Position numbers and translations under genes: made by a program. Below, piece after piece: positions 56,257 to 64,000 of a DNA stretch of 64,000 nucleotides. The stretch is from Acidobacteriota bacterium (GTDB taxonomy: Bacteria > Acidobacteriota > Blastocatellia > Pyrinomonadales > Pyrinomonadaceae), in the NCBI GenBank assembly GCA_040002755.1, contig JBDUDV010000004.1, positions 4,004 to 68,003 on the forward strand, given 5' to 3'. The notes under the pieces are model-generated. The model ran no database searches, was not told the origin of the DNA, and saw only the letters and a list, made by a program, of their open reading frames with translations. Each line of letters begins with the position of its first letter. Positions within the stretch are counted from its first letter, which is position 1.

Positions 56257-57348
56257 ATGCAAGTTTCCAGGCAGCCGTCTGAGAACAACCAAGAGATACC
56301 AGCAGCTGAACCACTGGTGGAAGTGACCCGTGGTGGAATCACCGAGTCGCGACATCGCGGCCACATCATCGCGGTGGAACCTGATGGAACCATTGCCGCA
56401 TACCTCGGCGCACCGGCGACAGTGACCTACCTGCGTTCCTCGGCGAAGCCACATCAGGCAATTCCCTTGGTTGCTTCCGGCGCCGCTGATCGTTTCGGCT
56501 TCACTGAAGAAGAGATTGCGCTGGCCTGCGCCTCGCATAGCGGCGAACCAATTCATACCGAAGTTGCCGCGTCGATGCTAAGGAAGATTGGGCTCGGACC
56601 TGAAGCGCTGAAGTGTGGCGTACATGAGCCGTTCAGCCCGGAGGTAGCCCAACAACTTCGCGAAAGAGGTGAAGCGCCGAATGTCTTGCACAACAACTGT
56701 TCCGGTAAGCATGCCGGCATGTTAGCGCTCGCGCTGCATCTCGGCGCACCCACGGAAACATATGACGAGGCCACCAATCCGGTGCAGCTCGCAATCGGCA
56801 AAACAGTCTCCCAGTTTTCAGGGATCCCAATTGAAGATATTGCGGTCGGTACGGACGGTTGTGGCGTTCCGGTTTTTGGAATTACGGTCAAGTCAATGGC
56901 GTTAATGTACGCACGACTGGTTTCAACGCCGGCGGAGTTTGACGAGCCGACTAAGAAAGCCTGCGCACGAATCGTTGCAGCGATGACCAGCCATCCGGAA
57001 CTGATCGGTGGCACATCCGAACGTCTCGACACTGAGATCATGCGTGCCGCGCCAGGTCGGCTTGTCTCCAAGGTGGGAGCGGAAGGTGTTTACACAGTCG
57101 GCGTTTTGCCTTGCAAGGATTGGCCGCGCGGCTTGGGGCTCGCCCTCAAGATCGAAGACGGAGACGATCATCGCGCGCGCCCCACCGTAGTGATTGAGTC
57201 GCTCAGGCAGCTGGGCATACTAGCAAATGAGTCGTTGGAGGCCGTCGCGCGCTATGCTTTTTTTCCGGTGCGCAATCGTCGTGGAGATGTGGTTGGCGAA
57301 GTGACGCCGGAATTTAAACTGAATCAAGCGGGTAACATTCAAGGATAA
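56257..57348 (+). CDS. Asparaginase family protein (L-asparaginase II / Rhizobium-type, PF06089-like)
   Basis: 'VEVTRGGITESRHRGHI', 'RSSAKPHQA', 'ALACASHSGE', 'NNCSGKHAGML', 'TDGCGVP' match my recollection of this family. Confidence 0.8.
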   Translation: MQVSRQPSENNQEIPAAEPLVEVTRGGITESRHRGHIIAVEPDGTIAAYLGAPATVTYLRSSAKPHQAIPLVASGAADRFGFTEEEIALACASHSGEPIHTEVAASMLRKIGLGPEALKCGVHEPFSPEVAQQLRERGEAPNVLHNNCSGKHAGMLALALHLGAPTETYDEATNPVQLAIGKTVSQFSGIPIEDIAVGTDGCGVPVFGITVKSMALMYARLVSTPAEFDEPTKKACARIVAAMTSHPELIGGTSERLDTEIMRAAPGRLVSKVGAEGVYTVGVLPCKDWPRGLGLALKIEDGDDHRARPTVVIESLRQLGILANESLEAVARYAFFPVRNRRGDVVGEVTPEFKLNQAGNIQG

Positions 57349-57351
57349 GTT

Positions 57352-57924
57352 ATGGACAGCGCTGGGATATCACAGTCGGGAAACGGTAACGGCGGCGACG
57401 ATCGGTTGGAAGAAGCGCCACTTAACCCGCCCCCGCTGCGCAATGCAGCCGGGAATATCGATCTCGACTCCGTTCCCGATGTTATCCAATGGTTCCTCGA
57501 TTTCGACCAGCGCGTCGCCATCGTTAAACACTCAAACGTCGAAGAAGTGTTTCAGTGGAAACAGGAAAACAGCCGCAGCCAGGGTGAAGTTGTTTTTGAT
57601 TTCAAGCAGGCGCAGGATCGTCTGGCCATCGGGATCATCCAGGCGCTGGCTGAACACAACACCGAACGCGCGCTTCATTCCTGGATTAGTCAACTTCTCA
57701 ACGCGCTCGACGAGGCCTCGAAGGCGAATGAGGCAGCCGCCGAGGCTTACCAGCTCGCTCTTGCTGCCGGCGGCTCAATTGTGAAGGAAGCAGATAAGAT
57801 TCCGTCGGCCCGCGGGCGGCGCGATTTTCTGATCAACTGTTGGGTCGAAACACTCTGCACCGCCGAAGCGCGTGTGCTGGGTTGGCTCTACCAGGAATTT
57901 TACGGTAAAGCTTTCGCACCGTGA
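57352..57924 (+). CDS. Hypothetical protein (190 aa), translationally coupled to both neighbours
   Basis: It starts 3 nt after the asparaginase stop, and its stop overlaps the next start (GTGA). No family recognised. Confidence 0.6.
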   Translation: MDSAGISQSGNGNGGDDRLEEAPLNPPPLRNAAGNIDLDSVPDVIQWFLDFDQRVAIVKHSNVEEVFQWKQENSRSQGEVVFDFKQAQDRLAIGIIQALAEHNTERALHSWISQLLNALDEASKANEAAAEAYQLALAAGGSIVKEADKIPSARGRRDFLINCWVETLCTAEARVLGWLYQEFYGKAFAP

Positions 57925-59075
57925 GTCCGTCCTTTGGTCCATACCACATGAACGACACTATTCGCGCGCTCTTTCCGGTAACAGAGCGCGCTATCTATTT
58001 AAACCACGCTGCGGTCTCAGCACCGCCAACTCCAACCATCAATGCGATCAAGTCGCAGCTTGCTGACGTTTCAGAAAACGGCTCGATAAACTTTCGCCGC
58101 TGGCTCGCAGTGAAGGAAAATGCCCGCCGGCTCGTCGCGGGAATGCTGGGCGTACTTCCCGAACAAGTCGCGTTCATGCGAAATACTTCTGATGGACTCT
58201 CGACCGTAGCCAACGGACTTGACTGGCAACCGGGGGACAACCTCGTGACTTTCCGTCATGAGTTTCCTTCAAACCTCTATCCGTGGCTGCGCCTGCGAGA
58301 CGCATTGGGCGTGGAAGTGCGTGTGTGCGAAGAACGCGATGCTCGTGTTGACACGGATGAACTAATTCGCTTGGTTGACCGCAACACCAGAATCGTCGCC
58401 ATCAGCCAGGTGCAGTATGCGTCTGGTTATCGCGCCGACCTCGAACGCATTGGGCGCGTCGCACACGCCCACGACGCGCTGCTGGTCGTTGATGTGATTC
58501 AGGCGTTGGGGGTGATTCCGATCGACGTCGAAGCCGAGTTGGTCGACGTCGCCGCGGCAGCCTGTCATAAGTGGCTGCTAACGCCGGAAGGCGTGGGGCT
58601 GTTGTATCTTTCGGCGCGGGCACGCGAACGCATTCAGCCGACGCTGGTGGGCTGGACGAGCGTTCCCAATCCGGACGACTACGGCAATTATGAGCAGGGT
58701 TGGAATCAGGGGGCACTCGCCTGGGAAACCGGGACGGCGCCAGTCGCCCTTATCCACGGATTGGAGGCAAGCCTGAAACTCTTGAATGAAGTTGGCATTG
58801 GTCGCATTCAGGCTTACCTGGAAACATTGACGGACCATCTCTGCGAAAGACTCCGCAACACGGATTATCGAGTTATCAGCTCCAGGCGAGCGGGAGAAAA
58901 ATCTCAGATTGTTTGCATTCAACACACGGGTGGTTTGAGTCCAATGGATCTTTACGCCCACCTCAAGCAGAAAAACATTATCACTGCCCCGCGTGGTGAC
59001 CGGCTGCGCATCTCGCCTCATTTTTACAACACGCTCGCTGAAATAGATGAGCTCGTGAAGGCTCTGCCGCAGTAG
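57921..59075 (+). CDS. Class V aminotransferase (cysteine desulfurase / selenocysteine-lyase-like fold)
   Basis: 'IYLNHAAVSAPP', 'ISQVQYASGYRADLERIG....HDALLVVDVIQALG', 'AAACHKWLL' (PLP-Lys region). The alternative start is the ATG at 57948. Confidence 0.85.
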   Translation: MSPSFGPYHMNDTIRALFPVTERAIYLNHAAVSAPPTPTINAIKSQLADVSENGSINFRRWLAVKENARRLVAGMLGVLPEQVAFMRNTSDGLSTVANGLDWQPGDNLVTFRHEFPSNLYPWLRLRDALGVEVRVCEERDARVDTDELIRLVDRNTRIVAISQVQYASGYRADLERIGRVAHAHDALLVVDVIQALGVIPIDVEAELVDVAAAACHKWLLTPEGVGLLYLSARARERIQPTLVGWTSVPNPDDYGNYEQGWNQGALAWETGTAPVALIHGLEASLKLLNEVGIGRIQAYLETLTDHLCERLRNTDYRVISSRRAGEKSQIVCIQHTGGLSPMDLYAHLKQKNIITAPRGDRLRISPHFYNTLAEIDELVKALPQ

Positions 59076-59082
59076 GACTGAC

Positions 59083-59156
59083 ATTCCTGCCTGTCCGAGA
59101 TGCCAGCCCTAGGCCCAATCACAGAATATTGGACAGACAGGAAATATTTTTCTTTC
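59083..59156 (+). terminator. REP-like hairpin plus T-tract after the aminotransferase gene
   Basis: 'attcctgcctgtcc' (59083-59096) pairs 12/13 with 'ggacagacaggaaat' (59131-59145). It is followed by 'atttttctttcc'. The words belong to the same family as 20880-20900. Confidence 0.55.
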
Positions 59157-59479
59157 CATGGCGAGCGATTATCGTTCGCTGTTGAAGCCCTGACGTATTG
59201 AAGTTGTACGCGGTTTTTTTACTTACCGATGCCGCCCCTCATCCCAGTCGGCCAAAATACCCGAAAAACTCAGAAGAGGTGAAAGGCGATGGCCTGAACC
59301 GAGTATTGGCACGCTCGTTGCCAAAGAGAAATCAGAACAAAAGGGTAAGAGTAATCGGGTCGGCTCAAGATTGAGTGAGTGGAAGCTTTGGGGGAGGCGT
59401 CCTCTCACAATTCAAAAGGCGGGTGGTGACTCTTTCGGGGGATAGAGTTAGCGTTCGCAGCAATCGAAGAGCAAAAATT

Positions 59480-59557
59480 GCGGTGCTGCTGATCGTCGTC
59501 TTGACGAGGCTTGGGGGAGCTTCCCAGGAAAGATCAGCAGCCCGCATTATTTTTGTG
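59480..59557 (+). terminator. Orphan intrinsic-terminator-like structure on the plus strand
   Basis: 'gcggtgctgctgatc' (59480-59494) pairs with 'gatcagcagcccgc' (59532-59545), followed by 'attatttttgtg'. No credible plus-strand CDS lies upstream within 59157-59480. Confidence 0.45.
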
Positions 59558-59561
59558 ACCC

Positions 59562-59640
59562 GGTAGTAAATCGTGAATAGTAAGTAGATCCTGCGCGTCT
59601 GCTGCAGCAACTCTTTACTATTCACGATTTACTATTTACC
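59562..59640. repeat. Heptad-word inverted repeat downstream of the 394-aa gene
   Basis: The left arm reads 'gtagtaa atcgtga atagtaa gtagatc'. The right arm reads 'ctttact attcacg atttact atttacc'. The arms are near-perfect reverse complements. Confidence 0.65.
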
Positions 59641-59644
59641 CGTT

Positions 59645-60829
59645 TTAGTTTCTCCGCTCCAGCAGTCGAGCCGGATCGGTTTCCGGAGTCAACTCGTCCA
59701 GGTTAAGACGGAGCATTGCATCGGAGTCAGCATAGGCCTCGCGGGCTCGTTGCTGTGCCCGGCGCGAGCGAAACAAGAGCGCGCCAAAGAACCCGCCAAC
59801 AGCCAGGCAAGTTACCAGTGCTAACCCAGATGTCTTAACTACGGAGACAAATACGCCCAGAGTCGTCTCAGTGAATTCACGCGTGGCTTGCTCGTAAGAA
59901 AACGGATTTCGTCCCAACCACTGAACTACTTGCTGATACTTCACCTGGTCGATGAGTTGGTTGGCCGCTTCCGCGCTTGGTGCGTCAAAAACAAACACCG
60001 AATAGTTGCCCACCCGACGATAGGCCGTCGGCGCCGGCTGTCCTTGAGCGCCAAGCTCTTGCAGCTTCGCTTTGATGCGCTGGTCATTCTCTGTTGCCAA
60101 CGAGGCGGTGTTGAATTCAACTATGATCAACTTCTGAGCGCCGTAATCAGCAACTGCAGCTTCAGCGCCCCCTTCGAAACTCACCACGTCCAGCACCTGC
60201 TGATTGCTGTACGCATTTATTAACGCTTCTTTGTTTGCGGCGTACAGCACTTGCGCCTGCTTGTTCTCCCAATCAGGAAGATGCTTCACCAGGACGGGAA
60301 TCTCACCGGCCCCTTTATCGAGCGTGTCGGCCAGACTCTTTGCAAAACTCGTCAGCCGTTGTGGGTCGGGTAACTTGTTCTCATCTTTCACGGCAACGAC
60401 AGCCCGACCCTTGAAGAAAATCAGAAATGTATCCGGAGCGGGACCCGAATGATAAAAACCCGATGTTCCAACATCTGCACTATCTGGCTTGTCGCCACTG
60501 ACCGCCTTTTCCGCAAGCTCCCTGCTTTGTGTCAGCTCAGCGTATGCTGCGGAGTCAGAAGGCAAGGTGATTAACACTATCGAAAAGCGGTGACCGTCTT
60601 TCGACACGTAAGTCCGACCTGCGCCCGACGTAACACTGGAACGCTGGTACGAGCTTTCAAGCGACTTGTTCTGTAACTCAGTCGGGTTGATCCCGCGAAA
60701 GTCTCCCAACTTATCCGGGAGGAGTTTGGCCGCAGGATCAGTCGGCAGACTCTGGCCGACAACGGGGACGAACGAGAGCAGCAAAGATGCCAACATCAGC
60801 AAGAATGTTCTGAACGCACGAGAAAACAC
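59645..60829 (-). CDS. Hypothetical exported protein with C-terminal TM anchor
   Basis: Signal peptide 'FLLMLASLLLSFVPVVGQ'. C-terminal TM 'LALVTCLAVGGFFGALLF'. No family recognised. Confidence 0.6.
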   Translation of the reverse strand: MFSRAFRTFLLMLASLLLSFVPVVGQSLPTDPAAKLLPDKLGDFRGINPTELQNKSLESSYQRSSVTSGAGRTYVSKDGHRFSIVLITLPSDSAAYAELTQSRELAEKAVSGDKPDSADVGTSGFYHSGPAPDTFLIFFKGRAVVAVKDENKLPDPQRLTSFAKSLADTLDKGAGEIPVLVKHLPDWENKQAQVLYAANKEALINAYSNQQVLDVVSFEGGAEAAVADYGAQKLIIVEFNTASLATENDQRIKAKLQELGAQGQPAPTAYRRVGNYSVFVFDAPSAEAANQLIDQVKYQQVVQWLGRNPFSYEQATREFTETTLGVFVSVVKTSGLALVTCLAVGGFFGALLFRSRRAQQRAREAYADSDAMLRLNLDELTPETDPARLLERRN

Positions 60830-60929
60830 AACTTCACCTCAAGAATAAGCGCTGGTCCTTTAGAACCCGAGGTCCTTTGGATGTTCCGCCTAAAATGGCG
60901 GTTGGCAGCGCGCGGCTACGTTCGGTAGT

Positions 60930-61541
60930 TTAAGTCCGGCGTCGGAGTTCGCGCAAAAGCAGGTCGGCGTAATAGCGTGGCTTGCTGATGTTGTGAATGA
61001 CGGTGGTGCCGCCAATTTCGCTGGCGTTGTCGATCAACAAATCGCCAAAGCCGAGCAGGCGTTGCGGAATGCTGGCAGAAACTGTGACGTCCTGAATTTT
61101 GGTCAGCGGGATGTTGCGCGTCGTCCGCGCGATCAGGCCGGTATCAATCTCAATCTTTGAGTCGGTCAAGGTATACCGGACCATGTTTCGCTTCAGATGG
61201 TAATAAGCGGGAATCAGCAGCAGCGTCAGCGCCAACGGGATTGAGATGTAGATTGGAGGCTGAACATCGACCGGTAACAGGGCCAGCAGCACAACCAGCG
61301 CAATAGCCCCAGCCATCGCCAGGGCGTAACCGAGCTTGATGAAGATCATGGTGGGACGAACCGTGAAGACGACCTTCTCGAGATCGTCGTCATCCACCTT
61401 GCCGCTCGGATCCGGGGGCACCGGAAGGGCGCGCTCGGCGCGTGCGATTTGCGTTGCCTCCGGATCGTCGGCGGGGGAACCGCAGCCGGAACAAAAACGC
61501 TTGCCAGGCTCTAGTTGCGATCCGCAGTTGGAACAATGCAT
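60930..61541 (-). CDS. Zinc-ribbon + bacterial PH (bPH_2, YdbS/YdbT-like) domain membrane protein
   Basis: 'MHCSNCGSQLEPGKRFCSGCGSP'. Two TM segments. 'YTLTDSKIEIDTGLIARTTRNIPLTKIQDVTVSASIPQRLLGFGDLLI'. Confidence 0.75.
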   Translation of the reverse strand: MHCSNCGSQLEPGKRFCSGCGSPADDPEATQIARAERALPVPPDPSGKVDDDDLEKVVFTVRPTMIFIKLGYALAMAGAIALVVLLALLPVDVQPPIYISIPLALTLLLIPAYYHLKRNMVRYTLTDSKIEIDTGLIARTTRNIPLTKIQDVTVSASIPQRLLGFGDLLIDNASEIGGTTVIHNISKPRYYADLLLRELRRRT

Positions 61542-61559
61542 CTTCGGATATTAGTTAGC

Positions 61560-62030
61560 CTAAGGGGTTGGCGGCTTGGAGTCGACCGGAAGCCCCGCGC
61601 TTTGCCAGGCGGCGAAACCACCAAGTAGCGCACCAGCATTATCGATACCTTTTGTTTTCAGTTCGACCACCGCACGGGCGGACGTATGTTCGCTTGGTCA
61701 AGAACAGTAGGTGACGATCAGCTTATCCTTCGGTAACTCGTCGAAATGATTTACGATCTCGGCCTCAGGAATCAATTTAGCGCCTCTGATGTGCCCCATG
61801 TCCCACGAAGACTGATTGCGCACATCAATCACCACGGCTTGATTCTTATCCAACAGATCCTTGAGTTCAGCGACGGTCACGCGGCGCGCACCGTCAGTCG
61901 GAGCCGGCGCCACCGGAGCGGCCGCTGTGACCGGAGCCGTATTCTTGTTTTTCTGCTCAGCCGAGTTGCAGCCGCTTTGCACGACCGCCCCTAAAAGGCC
62001 GAGGGCCAAAAAGGAAATATAAAGACGCAT
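61560..62030 (-). CDS. Exported single-domain rhodanese (sulfurtransferase) interrupted by one in-frame TGA at 61698-61700: candidate selenocysteine codon or nonsense mutation
   Basis: ATG at 62030 has GGAGG 8 nt upstream. Signal/lipobox-like 'LALGLLGAVVQSGC'. 'AVVIDVRNQSSWDMGHIRGAKLIP...KLIVTYCS' is followed by TGA. The same frame then continues 45 codons, 'PSEHTSARAVVELKTKGIDNAGALLGGFAAWQSAGLPVDSKPPTP', to TAG 61560-61562. The ORF track shows only 61698-62192. Confidence 0.75.
61664..61684 (-). other. SECIS-like hairpin starting 14 nt downstream of the in-frame UGA
   Basis: The RNA is 5'-CGUCCGCC-CGUGC-GGUGGUCG-3'. Pairs are C-G, G-C, a U/U mismatch, C-G, C-G, G-U, C-G, C-G. The 5-nt apical loop contains GU. 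The structure was folded by eye only. Confidence 0.35.
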
Positions 62031-62219
62031 TAAAATGACCTCCAAAAAAGCCCGTGACCCACGATCGCGGGCACATAGTAAATTATCCACAGCTAATTTC
62101 TTATGCTCATCTGCATTTGTCAATGCCGCCAGTCCACAGCCCAGGACAAATGGTCGTGTTTTCTTTACTTCTTTGCGTGCTATAGTTCGCACTCACCAAA
62201 TCCTGAACACGGAGCTTTC

Positions 62220-63818
62220 ATGCTCGAGGAACCACAAACCCGGCCGGTAAAATGGGCCAAGGTCATCGATCAAACGCGTTGCATCGGTTGTCATGCTTGT
62301 ACAACCGCATGCAAGTCGGAGAACCTCGTGCCGCTCTCGGTGACGCGGACTTACGTCAAGCACGTCGACGTCGGCGTCTTTCCGCAAGCTCGCCGCGCGC
62401 ATCAGGTAACGCGCTGCAATCAATGCGCGCACGCGCCCTGCGTCACCGCCTGCCCGACCACGGCGATGTTTAAGCGCGCGGACGGCATCGTTGATTTCGA
62501 CAAATCGATTTGCATTGGCTGCAAAGCCTGCATGGCCGCCTGCCCTTACGACGCGATCTTTATCAACCCCGAGGACCACTCCGCCGAGAAGTGTAACTTC
62601 TGCGCGCACCGCATCGACGTCGGCCTTGAACCGGCGTGCGTTGTCGTCTGTCCGACGCAGTCAATTCTGATCGGTGATCTAAACGACACTGATTCGTACG
62701 TGGCGCAGATCGTCAATCGCGAAGCGGTAGCGGTTCGTCGTCCGGAAAAAGAAACGCTGCCAAAACTTTTCTACAAAGGCGCACACCAGGCGACGCTCGA
62801 TCCGCTCGCGGCGCGACGACCGGACGGCGGCTTGTTTATGTGGAGCGAACAACAGGAGAGTTCGTCGCAGGTAGTTTCCGGAAATCCAAACTTCAACAAC
62901 AGTTCGGCGGCAGCGTTGTTGTCTTACGATGTGGCACACGCGATTCCCTGGGACTGGAAAGTCAGCCTTTACACCTGGACCAAGGGCATCGCTAGCGGTG
63001 TTTACCTGGTTGCCGCGTTGCTCATCCTGTTTGGTTTCCTGAGCGCGAACAATTCGATCTGGTTGTGGGCAACACCAATTGTTTCCGGCGTCTTCCTGGC
63101 AATCACCGGCGGACTGCTGATTTGGGACCTGGAACACCCAGAGCGTTTCTATCTCATCTTCACGCGACCGCAGTGGAAAAGTTGGCTCGTCAAAGGCGCG
63201 TTCATCATTGCCGGATACACGCTGGTGCTCGGGTTGCACTTCCTCGCGAGTTTGCTGGGATGGAGAGCATTTCAAAGTTGGTTGATGCTCGCGGGAATTC
63301 CTTTGTCGATTATGACCGCGGTTTACACAGCTTATCTTTTCGCGCAGGCGAAGGCGCGCGACATGTGGCAAAACCCGTTGCTGCCACCACATTTGCTCAC
63401 GCAGGCGCTGCTGCTCGGATCGGCTGTGCTGTTATTAATGGCGTCGTGGTTTGAAAAAACTGCTGATGATGAACTCAGCCGAACGCTCGCTCGTCCGCTG
63501 AGCGCGGTTGTGGTTTCGCTTTGGATACTGGCAATCACGAGCCTGCTTCATCTTCTGATGATCTGGGGCGAAGTCTCTCTGACGCATCCAACAGCACACG
63601 CGCGTCTCGCAATTTGGGAGATGGTGCGCGGCAGATATAGGAGCGACTTCTGGATGGGAACAGTGCTGTCCATCGTTGGCGGATTGATTCCCGCGCTCGC
63701 TCTCTTCGGCGTCATCAGTATCTCGCTGGGCGTCGCCGGCGCGCCGCTGGGTTTGATCGGTATGATGCTTTACGAGAATGCTTACGTGCAGGCGGGACAA
63801 TCAGTACCGCTGGCTTGA
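62220..63818 (+). CDS. Fused 4Fe-4S ferredoxin-type subunit (PsrB/TtrB/NrfC-like) + NrfD/PsrC-like polytopic membrane subunit
   Basis: ATG at 62220 has GGAG 7 nt upstream. Four Cys clusters: 'CIGCHACTTACKSEN', 'CNQCAHAPCVTACP', 'CIGCKACMAACP', 'CNFCAHRIDVGLEPACVVVCP'. The C-terminal approximately 330 aa has 8 or more hydrophobic helices typical of NrfD-family quinol-interacting subunits. Confidence 0.8.
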   Translation: MLEEPQTRPVKWAKVIDQTRCIGCHACTTACKSENLVPLSVTRTYVKHVDVGVFPQARRAHQVTRCNQCAHAPCVTACPTTAMFKRADGIVDFDKSICIGCKACMAACPYDAIFINPEDHSAEKCNFCAHRIDVGLEPACVVVCPTQSILIGDLNDTDSYVAQIVNREAVAVRRPEKETLPKLFYKGAHQATLDPLAARRPDGGLFMWSEQQESSSQVVSGNPNFNNSSAAALLSYDVAHAIPWDWKVSLYTWTKGIASGVYLVAALLILFGFLSANNSIWLWATPIVSGVFLAITGGLLIWDLEHPERFYLIFTRPQWKSWLVKGAFIIAGYTLVLGLHFLASLLGWRAFQSWLMLAGIPLSIMTAVYTAYLFAQAKARDMWQNPLLPPHLLTQALLLGSAVLLLMASWFEKTADDELSRTLARPLSAVVVSLWILAITSLLHLLMIWGEVSLTHPTAHARLAIWEMVRGRYRSDFWMGTVLSIVGGLIPALALFGVISISLGVAGAPLGLIGMMLYENAYVQAGQSVPLA

Positions 63819-63843
63819 AGTTTACAAATTGCTTGTCTACTAA

Positions 63844-64000
63844 ATGAACTCTAAAGATAACGTGAGTGACGAAACCTTCTATCCCGGCCCGAGCCGAAAT
63901 CACCTCGCAGCGTTTCCGCCGAAGGAACGGTGGGACAACTGGACTGAGCTCGATTCGCAGGCCTGGCCGCGAAGGAAGGAGCGCCACTATTCACTGGTTC
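63844..64000 (+). CDS. N-terminal fragment of a probable molybdopterin (Mo/W-bisPGD) oxidoreductase catalytic subunit; continues beyond window
   Basis: The frame is open from ATG 63844 to the window end: 'MNSKDNVSDETFYPGPSRNHLAAFPPKERWDNWTELDSQAWPRRKERHYSLV'. The '...W..W.E.D..AWP.....Y.LV' lead-in resembles the segment preceding the N-terminal Cys cluster of this enzyme family (from memory). The position after an FeS/NrfD gene fits. Confidence 0.45.
   Translation, partial: MNSKDNVSDETFYPGPSRNHLAAFPPKERWDNWTELDSQAWPRRKERHYSLV

Noticed and set aside
61698-61700. Possibility that TGA is a sense codon genome-wide (code 4/25-like), which would explain the rhodanese read-through.
   Set aside because: TGA terminates dnaK, the P450, the sensor kinase and other genes in this window at their expected C-termini. 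The standard code applies, and the rhodanese UGA is a local event.
1-64000. Mobile elements, prophage, integrons or known defence systems (restriction-modification, CBASS, Thoeris, retrons, abortive infection and similar).
   Set aside because: I recognised no transposase, integrase, recombinase, nuclease/helicase/methylase or phage structural signatures in any frame. Gene content is overwhelmingly housekeeping.

Overview
Chromosomal, mostly housekeeping window. I infer an Acidobacteriota-like origin from three 1000-1200 aa CarboxypepD_reg/TonB-dependent-receptor-type outer-membrane proteins and from several REP-like intergenic repeat families; this is inference, not a database result. I support about 50 protein genes. 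They include: a propeller-type sensor kinase with a NarL-type regulator; a dnaK-dnaJ-hspR operon without grpE; a complete minus-strand pstS-pstC-pstA-pstB-phoU-phoB-phoR cluster; an M13 peptidase; a fused two-domain chromate transporter with a porin; a P450; LPS-heptose genes; a Ser/Thr kinase; dacB; dapF; an asparaginase/aminotransferase cluster; and, at the right edge, a rhodanese next to a ttrBCA-ordered FeS-NrfD/molybdopterin oxidoreductase cluster. I recognised no rRNA, tRNA, CRISPR array, transposase, integrase or known defence system. Points most worth follow-up: (1) An exported rhodanese gene has an in-frame TGA at an active-site Cys position. The same frame stays open for 45 more conserved codons, and a SECIS-like hairpin starts 14 nt downstream, so it is either a candidate selenoprotein or a nonsense pseudogene. 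(2) At least 8 intergenic hairpins have arms built from tandem 7-nt words. (3) 11-bp-phased TTAACA-type Pho-box arrays lie upstream of pstS and upstream of a TonB-receptor/receiver-less PhoB-type wHTH operon, with a third array on the opposite strand. (4) A tightly packed three-gene cassette of unknown function has a 1-nt frameshift in its first gene. (5) Two ORF-free regions end in intrinsic terminators and are candidate ncRNAs. All coordinates of small motifs were derived by hand from the printed sequence. No search, folding or statistics could be run.
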